This document shows positions 46,601-57,796 of a stretch of DNA of 57,796 nucleotides, in pieces. Every line of letters starts with the position of its first letter. The first letter of the stretch is position 1. The translations under genes and the position numbers were made by a program. Source of the stretch: Saprolegnia diclina VS20 (Eukaryota); contig NW_008246103.1 in NCBI RefSeq assembly GCF_000281045.1, positions 1-57,796 of the forward strand. The letters are read 5' to 3'. The notes under the pieces are model-generated. The model was not told where the DNA came from and did not search any database. It saw only the letters and a list, made by a program, of their open reading frames with translations.

Positions 46601-48207
46601 AGACACCGGTGGTTGCGAATGTCCCACACTTTGAAGACATTGTCGGACGAGACCGAAATGATCTGAAAATTGTCGTCGTCGACCGCAAGGTGCAACACCG
46701 ACGCCATGTGCCCCTGCGCCACACCATTGATAACCCAGTTAAGCTCTGCAAAGCGAACCTTGAGGGTTGCGGAGGCTCGCTGCGACGAGTACGGGTTCCA
46801 TATCGAAATGTCTCGCTCCATACCACAGCTACGTGCAATGATTCGGTTGGTCTCGTACGTACATTAGACTGAGATAGAGAGATGTGTACCTGGCAATGAA
46901 GCGAGAGCTCGACGACCAAACGAGGTCAAAGACGCCTTTTTTGTGGCGTGTAAACTCAAACTTGGGCACCATGCGCTCAATGTCAATGATCTAACGCGCG
47001 TTTGAGCAACGAATTCTTGCTTGCAGCGTACCGAAATGTTGGTGTCGAGCGACGTCGCAACGATCGCGCGCATGTCGTGGACCCACTTGACACGAGTGAT
47101 CCAGTCGCTACATACAAGGTGCTCCCACGAATTTATCAATCATTTGTCGATTGTACGTGTGTTTTTTGTATTTGGTGCGAGTGCTAAAGCCGTGTGTCTC
47201 GACCGCGTGGCTGCCAGGTCGACCGTCGCAGGACGACCATTGATTCGACGTCACCATGACCTGCCGTTCAATGAACCAGAGAGCGATTACGACGCAGCGT
47301 ACGGTGATGCCACCGGTATCGTCGCCAACGACAAGGGCTTCGCGCTCGTCACTTGGCTTCTCGACATACTCCATGCAGAGCGGGATGCACTGCTTCTTTG
47401 AGTACTCGGCAATCTCGCCAATCGGCTGCCCCGTCGACATGTCGTAGAAGGCCAGCGTTCGATTCATGCTCGAGACGACAAGGCGGTTCGAGCGCTTCAT
47501 GTGGCAGCAGTCGCTGATCCAGTTGCGGCCGGTCGCAATCGTGCTCTATTTTTTTGCCGCAAATATTTCATTCCGGCAAAGCTACCTGGTACGCGAGCGT
47601 GTTGGCATTCCACGTACGGACGGTGCCATCGCGACTGGCCGTCACGTACAAATGCGGCTTGTCCAGACCCACAATGCGCGTAATGATATCGCGGTGGTTG
47701 TTCACGGGGCGAACGGCCGACGTGTCGGCGTCGCCAGTCTCGGCCGTCTATGAAAATACTTGTACCCTTTTGAATATATCTGCAGTGGACGACCTTTTCG
47801 GGCTGCGTCGTGACGTATCGGCAACTCATGTCGTCGCCCAGCTGAGCTTGTGTGCTGTCGCTGCCACTGAGAAACATGTACTACCCGAGGGGAATATAAA
47901 GTCGAAAACATGGTCTGGAGCGAGAATCCTACGTTGGTGAATTCGTCCCAGCTCACAGTGCCATCGCTGTTGGCATCGATCTTCTGGAACCTACGCAACG
48001 ATCAGACGACGGTCGTTGAATGAGCGCCGACAGGTCGGTCAGCTGCGTCTCGCTCAGCGTCGAGTCGATCGTCTCGCGGAAGAGGTGGACGAACTCGACT
48101 TCGCAGAGGTCACCGTCTGCAAACTTTTCCTTGAGCGAGTGGAGCTGCTCGACGCCAATCTCATCGCGCGAGAAGACCGACGCTTGCTTGCGCCCGCCCT
48201 TGGGCAT
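43660..48207 (-). CDS. EF-hand + WD40 protein (WDR49/EFCAB8-like), many exons; 3' end uncertain
   Basis: LFQKIDANSDGTVSWDEF EF-hand; many WD repeats (IWNPY, GHMASV, FKVWDIR, RLITGSHDG, VGWDRKI, ATAGLDGKILLWN); exons at 43660-44760 may belong to a separate gene. Confidence 0.75.
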
Positions 48208-48778
48208 GCTTCAACTTCCACAAGTAAGAAGTGCCCTTTCAGCGTCCAATCAGATTGCACCAAAACACCTGGTACGTCAACATCGCCCTCGCTTATCCGG
48301 AATCGGCACCATGGCCTCGCTCGCATGTCGACCACGACGTCGATACATGTGCACCATGTCGTAGAGTACTAGAGTAGCGTCGTTGTACTTTACGTTGAGC
48401 GATGCAAGCGGCCACGAGCCACGACGCCTTTTTCGGTGCCGGGCTCTTTGCAGCCACGCTCGCATCAAGCAAGCTGGATCCGGATAATCGATTCCAGGAC
48501 ACGATTTGACAATGGGGCGGTCGTGAGAAGACGTACAATTGTACATACCGGTACCAGAGCATGGAGACTCCAACTACGCGAGCCTCGCGGTGCTCTTACA
48601 GCCGAGGTACAAGCTGAGAGCGCGCCAAAAGCTAGCCAATGGTCTAATTACTAGCGTTTGCGCCACGTCTCTCGTTGTATCCGCGACGAAATTCTTCTTT
48701 TTAGCCAATCATATTGTCGTAATCCAGTGTCCTGGCCAATCAACGCGCATTCGACATTTCGATCGCCAACACTCAAGC

Positions 48779-50394
48779 ATGATCTCGACGACGGCGTTCG
48801 TCTTTGCCCGCCACGATGCGACGGTCTCGGCAGCGCGCGACACGCTCACGATCGCGGTGGCGAAGAAGCCCAAAATGGACGAAGCCTTTGCATGGGCGGA
48901 CGTGCTCGGGGCCTCGGCCTTTGCCCGCGACACGACGACCGGCCTCGTCATTCACGTCTTTGCCAAGCACAAGAATGGCAAGCGCAAGCTGCGCGAGGTC
49001 GAGCTCACTGCGAGTGGCAGTAGCCAGCAAGACATTGACAAGTGGCTCTGCGTGATCCGGTACTTTGCATGCCCGACGCGCCATGCTGACGAGCCGCTGG
49101 CAACGCTTGACGTCATCGTGCAGGCGGCGCCCAAGCAACGTGTAGGCGCTTGCTGCTGGCACCAAGTCGCTTCATGATCTACTCTGTAGCGCTTTCTCGC
49201 TCTCGTCAATCCCGTCGGTGGCTCTGGTATCGTTCATCTCACGGTTGGTACTTGTCTGATATGGAGTAGGCAAGGGCGAAAAGATTTACGAAAAGGTCGC
49301 ACCGCTCTTCATGCACGCCAACATCCACTTGGAAAAGTTGGTCACAGAGCGCTTCGAGCAGGCCATCGAGATTGCCGCCGAGCTCGATCTCGCTGCGTAC
49401 GACGGCGTCGTCCTCGTCGGTGGCGACGGCGCACCGTACGAAGGTAGCGCAATCGGACTGCAGTTGGATGAGCTCATCCTGGTATGCAGTGATTCAAGGC
49501 TTTATGCGCCGACAGGACTGGGCCAAAGCCATCAAGTTCCCGTTCGGGATCATCCCTGCTGGCTCGGGTAACGGTCTCGCGGGCACCATGGCGCACGCAG
49601 CCGGCGAGCGCTGCAACCCGGAGACGAGCGCGTTCATGGTCATCAAGGGTCGCCCACTGCCCCTCGACATTGCGTCGCTGCGTACGCCCCCGTCAAAACT
49701 GCGATCGCTTATTGTATCGGGCGTAGGCAATGAGGCGAGTACGACATACATTTTTCTCTCGTTGTCGTGGGCGTTCATGGCCGAAGTGGACTTTGACTCT
49801 GAAAAGTACCGGTACCTCGGCGGCCAGCGCTTTGCCGTCTCGGCGATCGCCAAGATCTTTACCAACAAGGGCTGGACGGGCAAGTTTTCGTATGCGCCGG
49901 CCACACCCGAGGACGTGCCCATGTACTGGGACACGGACGCTACGCCGGGCGACGCGCCCCGGCTTTCGCTCCTGCCAGCGATCGGCGACCCGCTTCCGAG
50001 TGACTGGACGAGCACGGAAGGAGTCTTTAGCCTCTTTTGGGCCATGAACGTGACCCACGCCGGCCAAGACGCCCACGTCGCGCCCATGGCGGACCTCTGC
50101 GATGGCCACATGCACGTCGTTCTCATGGAAGGAAGCGCTTCCTTGGGCGACTATGCCAGCGTCATGCTCAACATTGACAATGGCGAGCACGTCCAAAAGC
50201 CGTGTGTCAAGGTCGTCACGACCCGGTACGGTAACGCCGCGTGATATGTGATGGCTCAGTGAATCTGTAGCGCGTTCCAGTTGGAGACGCCTGACCACGA
50301 CGTCCTCTCGGCCGACGGTGAGCGCTACGGCGGCGGCGTCTGCCAGGTTGAAGTGCACCGCGGCCTGGCACGTGTCCTGGGCTTCCTCGCTTGA
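48779..50394 (+). CDS. SPHK: Sphingosine kinase (DAGK family) with PH-like N-terminus, multi-exon
   Basis: VNPVGGSGKG, VGGDG, IIPAGSGNGLA, LSLSWAFMAEVDFDSEKYRYLG and ADGE. Confidence 0.9.
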
Positions 50395-50562
50395 GGCTGG
50401 TGGAGGACCATCCGGCGATGCCATTGGTGGTTTTATTAATGCATGCTATTTTTTTTACCGGGAAAGCTGTTGGATGCAAATATCATGTATTTTTTAAATT
50501 AATGTGGTGTTTTGGGACCAAGACGAAGGAATATCGTTTTTTCGTTGCCGACGACACGAAGG

Positions 50563-52268
50563 ATGGAGACCCGGCGTCGCGCCCTCGCGGTCTTGGCGAT
50601 GGCCTTGGTCGCGCTTTCGACCAGCGTCCATGGCCTTGGCTCCACCGACGGCTCGAGCATCAGCATCTTGGACATCACGCCGCCGCCCGCGCAGCCGATC
50701 GGAACGCACGTCGTGCCGCCGAGCAACCACACAGCCGTCGACGACGTCGCCTCGCCGAGCCCCAACACGACCGAGGTGCATGCGGAGAAGGATGGCATGG
50801 GCGACGAGCCACCGGAACCAGAGGTCGTAGACGTGGCGTCCGACAAACCAACGACGCTACCTGGTAATGCAGAGCGACAAAAGCCCGTGGTCCCCGCGGG
50901 AGTCGACAGCATCAGCACGAGTGCTCCAACAACCGAGTCCACAGAGGTCCCTACGCCGATTCCGTCCACCTCGAACGATGCACTGCAGCATCCGAAAGCG
51001 ATCAAGAACACGGAGCCTGCGACTCTTGCTCCGACGGGGAGCGAAGACAGCGCCGAGGTTACGGCCAACGGGACGGCAAGCTCCAAAACAACCGCACCGT
51101 CAGCTACGTCCAGCTCGAGCAAGCCAGCTCTCGAAACAAAAACGTCTGCGCCAATGACGACGCCCGCGCCTACGACTCCGAAGGAGACCACGCTTACCAC
51201 CGAGGCTCCAACGACACTCGCGCCTACGACAGAAGCGCCGACAACACCCGCACCTACGACGACGCAAATTGCAGCAACCAATGCGCCCACGACGGCGTCC
51301 TCCAAGGCAACGAGTCGTCCGGCGCTGCGGACTGCGGCGCCCATTGGTAAGGCGACCGTGGACGGCGGCGACGGTCTCGAGCAAGGCGATACGACCGAGC
51401 CCGCGGGGGTTCTCGAAGGCGATGAAAACACTGTCGTCGTCAACAGCGATGCGCGCCCGAGCAACAACAAGAACCGCGCGATCAAGCCGACGATGATGTA
51501 CGCGACGATTGGCTTTTTCGGCTTTGGCGTGCTCTGCGTCTTTTTGATTCTGCGCCGCCGCCGCGCACCGACCTCGTCGTCGCCCCGCCACCATCGACCG
51601 GCAGCGCCAGCCTCGGGCACGTCGGGCACGTACGCCAAGTACGTTAACCTCATATACTCCGTCACTATCTCATGCTGCGCATTGTAGGCTCTCCAATCCG
51701 CACGACCCGTATGACGACGTCGATGACATGGACTGGGACGAGGAGTCGTGGGATGACGCGGCGCCATCGACGCCCCGACGCCGTTTGTCGCCGGACGCGC
51801 ACAACCCGTTCTCGCGCGGCCGACCGGACCCAAGCCCGCCCATGACGCCGCTCTCGGCGCCAGTCATGGAGACGACCACGAGTGTGCCTGTGATTCCTGT
51901 GATCCCGCCGCCCGCGCCGACGCTCGCCCAGCCCATTAACCCGTTTGCTGTGAAGCACGACGTCTTTAGCGTACTTTAAACAACGACGTTGGCGCCGTCT
52001 GACGCGAGGTAATAGGAGTTTGGTATGGTGCCCCAAGTGACCACGGCGACCAAGACGCCACCGACGTCCTCGTCGCCACCCAAGTCGGCGTTGCCGCACA
52101 GCTCGCCACCCAAGCCGACGACGACGGCACCCGCGACTAACTTATTTGCGATGGAGATGGACGACCACGTACGCCAACTTGCCGATCGCATCAACGTCAT
52201 CACCTCTTATCCTCATCGCATGCTAGGCCGATGCGTCGGGCTGGGACGACGACGAGTGGGCCAACTAA
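50563..52268 (+). CDS. Type I membrane mucin-like (Thr/Pro-rich) protein, multi-exon
   Basis: Signal peptide RRRALAVLAMALVALSTSVHG, TTEAPTT repeats, TM helix followed by RRRR, and an acidic cytoplasmic tail; the last two exons (to 52268) are inferred. Confidence 0.7.
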
Positions 52269-52666
52269 CACAACACACATCTTCCGATACAGCAGCGCGA
52301 GACTAGTTAAACCAGACGCTTACGACCCGATCGCGTGTTAAGTAATAGATTGTGTAGCCATTTGGCTTCGTTTTGTACTTCCGGAGCTTGCCCGCTGGAG
52401 CGCCCGAAGATCGCTTTCATTTCAAGATTGGCCACAGCTAGCAGAAGCAATGGCCTGGGTGAAGCAGGAGCCGCGCAAGTCGACGAGTGTGAAGGTGCCT
52501 CGGGAGTAAGCTTGCTTTCGACTGCATGCTCATCAGCTTGACATTCATTCGTGTGGTGGCGTGCCACGTCATACCTCTATACTGAATACATTGACTTTAA
52601 GAGGTGACTTGCGTCAGGCGAGCCGAGCACTGGCCTTTCCCGTACAGATTCGTCGACGTGATAAGA

Positions 52667-54169
52667 ATGGCAGCACGAACCCAGCGCGCCCGAGCGACCC
52701 ACGTCGGTGTCTTGCAGCCCGATATCACCGAGACGATCGCACGCCTGCTGCCGGGGCCCGACGCCTTTGCCGCGTTCGTGGCAGCGCTGCCGGCGTGGGC
52801 CAAGACCCCGCTGCTGGCGTCCATCGCACGTCTCTTGGTCGCACCAAGCATGGCGGTGGCGTGGCCGACGATCACTGTGCTTAGCCCTCAGCTCGATAGC
52901 GCGACAATTGAAGACCTTGTCGCTGCCGCCACGCTGGGACCATGCAGCATTGTGATTGGCTACACGATCGAAACACACGACGACTTGGCGGTCGTCGCCG
53001 ACGTCGCGTCAAGCATTACCTCGCTCAAGTTCGACTTGGATGGCACCAGCAAAACGACATTGCGCTTCTTCCGCTCGACGATTGCCTCGTGCACGCACCT
53101 CGCGAGCCTCGAGCTCAAGGATTCGACCTGGGGCGAGGCCCTTCGCACACTCAAAGGTGTCTTCTTTAAGCTTGAGCACCTCACGTCGCTCGCACTCCTG
53201 AACAGTAGTGGCGATGGTGATGTCGAGCTCTCGACCGGTTTTTGCGAGCGCCTCGTCCATTGGCTCCAGACGAGACCTGTCGTGTCCTTGAAAATGTATG
53301 CCGTCCACTTCGCCGACGCGCCAGACTCGCCTCTTTGTCTCGTGCTCTACGACGCGATTTCTTCGAGCACGACGCTCGCGCTCGACTGCGTGAATATCTT
53401 GGAGCACTCGTTCATGCACCAGCGGCCGCTTCCCGTGCACTTGACGTCGCTCGAGTGGGATCCGAGTGACTTTGATAACGCGTACCAGAGCTGGTACGAC
53501 TTTCAAGGCGCGCTCGAAGACGGTCCGCAGCTGACGCACTTGAGCTGCAAGAATTTCGTCAAATTGCTCGACGACGACGACGACGAGATTCCGCGCGTGC
53601 TCCAAGGCCTCTCGTCGCTCGCGATCCACTGTAAAGCAACCAGCTACGAGGTTCTGAATGCCCTCAAGACCATGTCCAACCTCACGGCGCTGGTCCTCCA
53701 GGACATCGGCTTTAAAGGCGAGGTGATGCGCGATTTCGTCGGGGTGCTTCGAAAGCTCCCTTACCTCGAGGTGCTCAAGTTCCCCGGCGACTTCAAGCAG
53801 GTCAAGGACGGGGACGCGATGTCGACGACAGACGTGGTTCATCTCCTGCAGCACGTTCCCCGCTTTGCTTGCCTTGCGCATCTCGATGTCGCCGACCACA
53901 AACTCGACATGACGAGCATTCTCGGTCTGCTGCCGACACTCAATGCGGCGGCCAAACGTCTGCAGAAGATCCGACTGCAAAGCCGCTGGCAGCAAGGAGA
54001 CGTGGAAGCGTTTGTCGCGGCCGTCGGTCAGCTGCTCGACCGCCATTTTGCGATTGTTTTTGACCCGCGCGTGGTCGATGCGGCAACCAATGCCCACCAC
54101 AAGCTTTTGATCGAAAAGAGCGGCCTTGCGCCACGCAGAGGCGTCGCCAAGTGCATTGTGTACGTTTAA
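52667..54169 (+). CDS. RNI-like leucine-rich-repeat protein
   Basis: Intronless ORF with repeated LxxLxL units (HLASLEL, HLTSLAL, QLTHLSC, NLTALVL, CLAHLDV). Confidence 0.75.
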   Translation: MAARTQRARATHVGVLQPDITETIARLLPGPDAFAAFVAALPAWAKTPLLASIARLLVAPSMAVAWPTITVLSPQLDSATIEDLVAAATLGPCSIVIGYTIETHDDLAVVADVASSITSLKFDLDGTSKTTLRFFRSTIASCTHLASLELKDSTWGEALRTLKGVFFKLEHLTSLALLNSSGDGDVELSTGFCERLVHWLQTRPVVSLKMYAVHFADAPDSPLCLVLYDAISSSTTLALDCVNILEHSFMHQRPLPVHLTSLEWDPSDFDNAYQSWYDFQGALEDGPQLTHLSCKNFVKLLDDDDDEIPRVLQGLSSLAIHCKATSYEVLNALKTMSNLTALVLQDIGFKGEVMRDFVGVLRKLPYLEVLKFPGDFKQVKDGDAMSTTDVVHLLQHVPRFACLAHLDVADHKLDMTSILGLLPTLNAAAKRLQKIRLQSRWQQGDVEAFVAAVGQLLDRHFAIVFDPRVVDAATNAHHKLLIEKSGLAPRRGVAKCIVYV

Positions 54170-55089
54170 CAACTCATCAGTCTTGCGAGGAAGCTTGCAA
54201 ATCGGAAAGTGGTTGCATTCTTCCGGCCCAAAGGTCGGTCCGTTACTACTACTAAAGATCTTGTTTCGACTAACTAAACGACTAAAGCTAGCCACACGCA
54301 ACGTAGATGACGTGGCGGTCCACAACGTCGTCTTCGGCTGAGCGACATCGCAACAATCAGCTCAACGCGGCGCCGCGCTCGCCAATCCCAACTGTGACGC
54401 TTGGTACTAGTGGATGTCGTAACTGCAGTTTGCATTGTTTTGATGAGTGTTTTGTTGGCACCGTTTGTATCCTACCCAGCCGTAACTGACGGCTGCTAGT
54501 CATGCCTTACCAAGGCAGACTTGCCGCCAACAGTCAAGAAGGGAGTTTATTGGTAGGTTTCGCTGCCAATCATGGCTCATCGCTGCCCACCGTTTGTCAC
54601 TCGGCGTGTGGGGTTTTGCATGCGTCGCCTCAAGGGATTAGCCCTTGGCGATGACGTTTTCACCACAAACAAACTAGACCAGCGAGAGCCGACTCGCACG
54701 CCCAAAGCTCACCGGATAACACAACAGAAATCATCAATCGGTTAGCCAGCCCAACTCACTTCGGTTGCGCACTTTCTCAAGGCTTGGTCGCACAACGTCA
54801 AGGCTCAGACTTGTTCGCCTAGACACGCACAGCCACGCTCAGTCACCAGTCTCCGTTACCTTCTCTTTGCCAATATACACCGAGCTCTCTTCCACTTTTA
54901 GTTTCCCGACCACAACCGTGTGTTCTTCCATCGCAACTCCAACGAATCGTGCGATTGAGCTACTTATTCGAGGATGTCGCGTCGCGAGAGGGATGTCACC
55001 AACCAAAGCACATCGCACTCTGTGTCCACATCCACCGACTCCAATTATACTGGTAGGAACCTCCTGGTTACCCAGCCCACCAGGGATTA

Positions 55090-55222
55090 TTTGTTTGTTT
55101 GTTTGTTTGTTTGTTTGTTTGTTTGTTTGGTTTGTTTGTTTGTTTGTTTGGTTTGTTTGTTTGTTTGTTTGTTTGGTTTGTTTGTTTGTTTGTTTGTTTG
55201 TTTGGTTTGTTTGTTTGTTTGT
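55090..55222. repeat. (GTTT)n microsatellite with interspersed GGTTT variants
   Basis: Directly visible, about 130 bp. Confidence 0.97.
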
Positions 55223-55397
55223 CCCAATTTGGATTGGTTAAAATGTTGTTGCTTGCGTAAAATGATTGGACAGCTCGCAACAATTCATTGATGCGTTTTG
55301 ACAGGCCGGCGCCATGTCGCTCGGTGATGTGCATTGACCGGCCGCTCTTGCTATAAAACGCCATGTGGCTAGCTAGCTAGCTAGACATTTAAGCAAC

Positions 55398-56426
55398 ATG
55401 CGAGCATCGAATGAGCGCAAGCGCAAGGCGCGCGCTGAGCAGAAGGCCACCGAGACGCACGAAGAAAAGGTCGTGCGGCTTGAAGGCNNNNNNNNNNNNN
55501 NNNNNNNNNNNNNNNNNNNNNNNNNNNNNNNNNNNNNNNNNNNNNNNNNNNNNNNNNNNNNNNNNNNNNNNNNNNNNNNNNNNNNNNNNNNNNNNNNNNN
55601 NNNNNNNNNNNNNNNNNNNNNNNNNNNNNNNNNNNNNNNNNNNNNNNNNNNNNNNNNNNNNNNNNNNNNNNNNNNNNNNNNNNNNNNNNNNNNNNNNNNN
55701 NNNNNNNNNNNNNNNNNNNNNNNNNNNNNNNNNNNNNAGGCAGACGCTGCACGCTGTCAGGAGACGCCAGCGAGATGCCGGATCCGGGCGCATCGCTGCA
55801 TGTGCCTCGTGCAACGAGGCACTCTACGAATGCGAAGATCAGATTGTTGACGCGGGGCCTGTCGAACACCTACCCACAGTGTTTCGCCTCGATGACTTCC
55901 AAGTTGTTCGGCTACCGCGCGACAGCAAGCTCGTCTCCGAAGTTGTGTCGGTGCTCCGCGTTGATGGCGTGCACTATCATCTGAACCCAAGCCTTGTCCC
56001 AGACAAAATCAACGACGTGGTGTGCTCGACATGCGCCAAGAACCCGACTGCAGGGTCTCACAACGTTGCGCCCTTCAGTATCGCCAAGGGCCACGACTAC
56101 GGGCGGTGCGAGACGTCGCCAAAAATCAGCGACGCTACCTTGCGGGCTATCACAGCTGCACGTGCGCACCATATTAACCTTCGTGTGCAACCGCCCACTG
56201 CATTTGCTTTTTTGCGGATGGGCCGATCCAAGTCGCCAAGATTTTGCCTGAAGTCACGGACGGGCGACGGTTCCATGTGACGTACGTCGGACCACACGAG
56301 AAGTGCGATGAGACGCTCAATTCCATCCGTGAGCACCACGAGATCGTTGCAGACACCGCTTTTCGATATCTTCACGTCTGGAAAGGCGTGGGCCATCCGG
56401 GCTACGTTGAAGGATTATGTATTTAA
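55398..56426 (+). mobile_element. Degenerate Helitron-like ORF remnant (DUF6570-type region), frameshifted
   Basis: ARAEQKATETHEEKVVRL start, CASC...CSTC, PFSIAKGHDYG; after a frameshift near 56195, HCICF...LP...HVTYVG...YLHVWK..HPGY. Confidence 0.55.
55488..55737. other. Assembly gap (250 N)
   Basis: Run of N. Confidence 1.
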
Positions 56427-57796
56427 TCCATATGATTTCATCGTTCCTACCAGCCCACTCCCCCGGACCCTAGTTCAAGCACGAGATCGTCGCGTGGCGA
56501 CCATTCCTGGCGCTTAAATTTGCAGGGAATCTTTAGAGCAAAAGCACCAATTTGCACGCTGTTGGCCATCATATAGACGCTCTTGTCGAGCTTGCCGCTG
56601 TCCAAGCACGCCGCACCTTGAAGCACATCACCAAGGCCTCGCTGAGCCCAAGCTCGGTGCGTTCGAGAAGAAGACGAAGCGTGTCTGTCCAAAGGAGGAT
56701 GCCAATGCCGTCGAGCGTCGCCACATACGGAAGTGCGAGGATCAGCTCGGCCGCGAGCGACTCGATCACGCAGACGCAGTAGTTGGTGACCCCAGCCGCT
56801 GCCAGAAGCGTCGTCTCGCTTTGTTTGAGAGCCACCCAGACCGCGCGCACCTCACCCATGAGCTTGTCTATGCCCAAGACAAAGAGCATTGCGCGGATCT
56901 GGGCGGCTTGCACGATGCAAGGGTCCTCGGACATTCAATACCCAGCGTCCTCACGCGTGCCACGTACGCACTTGTTCGTCGCTGATCATCAAGACCACGT
57001 CGTTGAAGACCGATGCCTTAGTCTCGGCCTCGGTATGCAGCATAGTGAGTCTAGCTCTACACGTTAAGCGTTGCTTCCCAATGATCAGTTTCCATTTTGC
57101 CACTTCTCGACTTTCCAGTCTTGCAGTCGCATTCGATCGAGCTTCAGCGCAACCTGTTTTCCGCTTCCTCTCGCATTCGTAGCAGCCCCGCGGAGACGTC
57201 CAAGGGTCACTCTGTTACATCTGGTAGCACTTGTTGGATAGGAGTAGAATCCGCCAGAATTTCATCGAAAATCCACTAGAAATTGATGTTGCAGCCGGTG
57301 AGCGAAGCGGAGCTAGCTTGGCACGGATCGCACGCAGGAGCTCGAGGAAGTGCATGTGGCTGTCGTCGGGCGGCAGCGCCTTTGTCACCGGCCAGCACAA
57401 GTGGATACTTATCGAGAGCACCGACTCCTACTTGTCTGCCACGTTGACCGCGGCTGTCTAGATCTGTTTTCCTGTCTTCGCGGATATCTTCGTTTTCGTC
57501 TTCTTCGGCATGCGTTTAAGCCATGCGAGGACGGTGTCGGTGGTCGCGATACACCGACAAATTACTATTGGCCACACTGTGTTCAAATGAAAGAGAGATT
57601 TTTGGTCGGCGAGGTCGAATTTCATCAAGTGCTCGTCCATACTAAAACCAAGTATAATTTGACAATCTTTGGCCCTCAATCTATAGAGCACCAAGACTCC
57701 ATCGAGAAAATATCGTAGTGCGCTGTAATCTCCAAAGAGTCCTCTATCGATGTGCAAAGTTTGGCTGAAAAAAATTGCAGGTCGTTTTGTCGCGTC

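Noticed and set aside
54477..54500. Hairpin cagccgt-acggctg directly followed by CTAGT (Helitron 3'-end-like)
   Set aside because: No spacer between the hairpin and CTAG, and it lies upstream of the Helitron-like ORF; it cannot be supported without other copies
55090..55222. Possible telomeric or CRISPR repeat
   Set aside because: The unit is GTTT rather than TTTAGGG/TTAGGG, and there are no spacers
54765..55364. ORFs with CLFV or KQTN repeats
   Set aside because: Translation artefacts of the GTTT microsatellite
56447..57757. Broken minus-strand ORFs (57458-57757, 57215-57421, 56569-56934)
   Set aside because: Possibly a degenerate gene, but there are no recognisable motifs and no consistent splice model

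Overview
This is a gene-dense eukaryotic window with GC3-rich coding sequence and many short (about 40-60 nt) introns that often have GTACGY donors. The gene families and style suggest an oomycete, probably Saprolegnia-like; that assignment is an inference. About 27 protein genes are supportable, including beta-adaptin, pyruvate kinase, ISY1, DCAF11/LEC14B, a NUDT8-like Nudix hydrolase, a cyclic-nucleotide-gated channel, sphingosine kinase, and TTC12-like, STN1-like and EF-hand/WD40 genes. The right end holds a (GTTT)n microsatellite, an assembly gap and a frameshifted Helitron-like (DUF6570-type) remnant. Four observations stand out. (1) An intronless HMG-CoA synthase fused to a beta-ketoacyl synthase, with a hydrophobic leader and both active sites intact. 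(2) A divergent histone H3 variant that keeps K4/K9/K14 but lacks the K27/K36 segment and has an altered tetramer interface. (3) A PP2A-scaffold-like HEAT protein carrying UBA and PDZ modules. (4) A C2-domain pseudokinase. Multi-exon coordinates are manual gene spans and no database searches were run.
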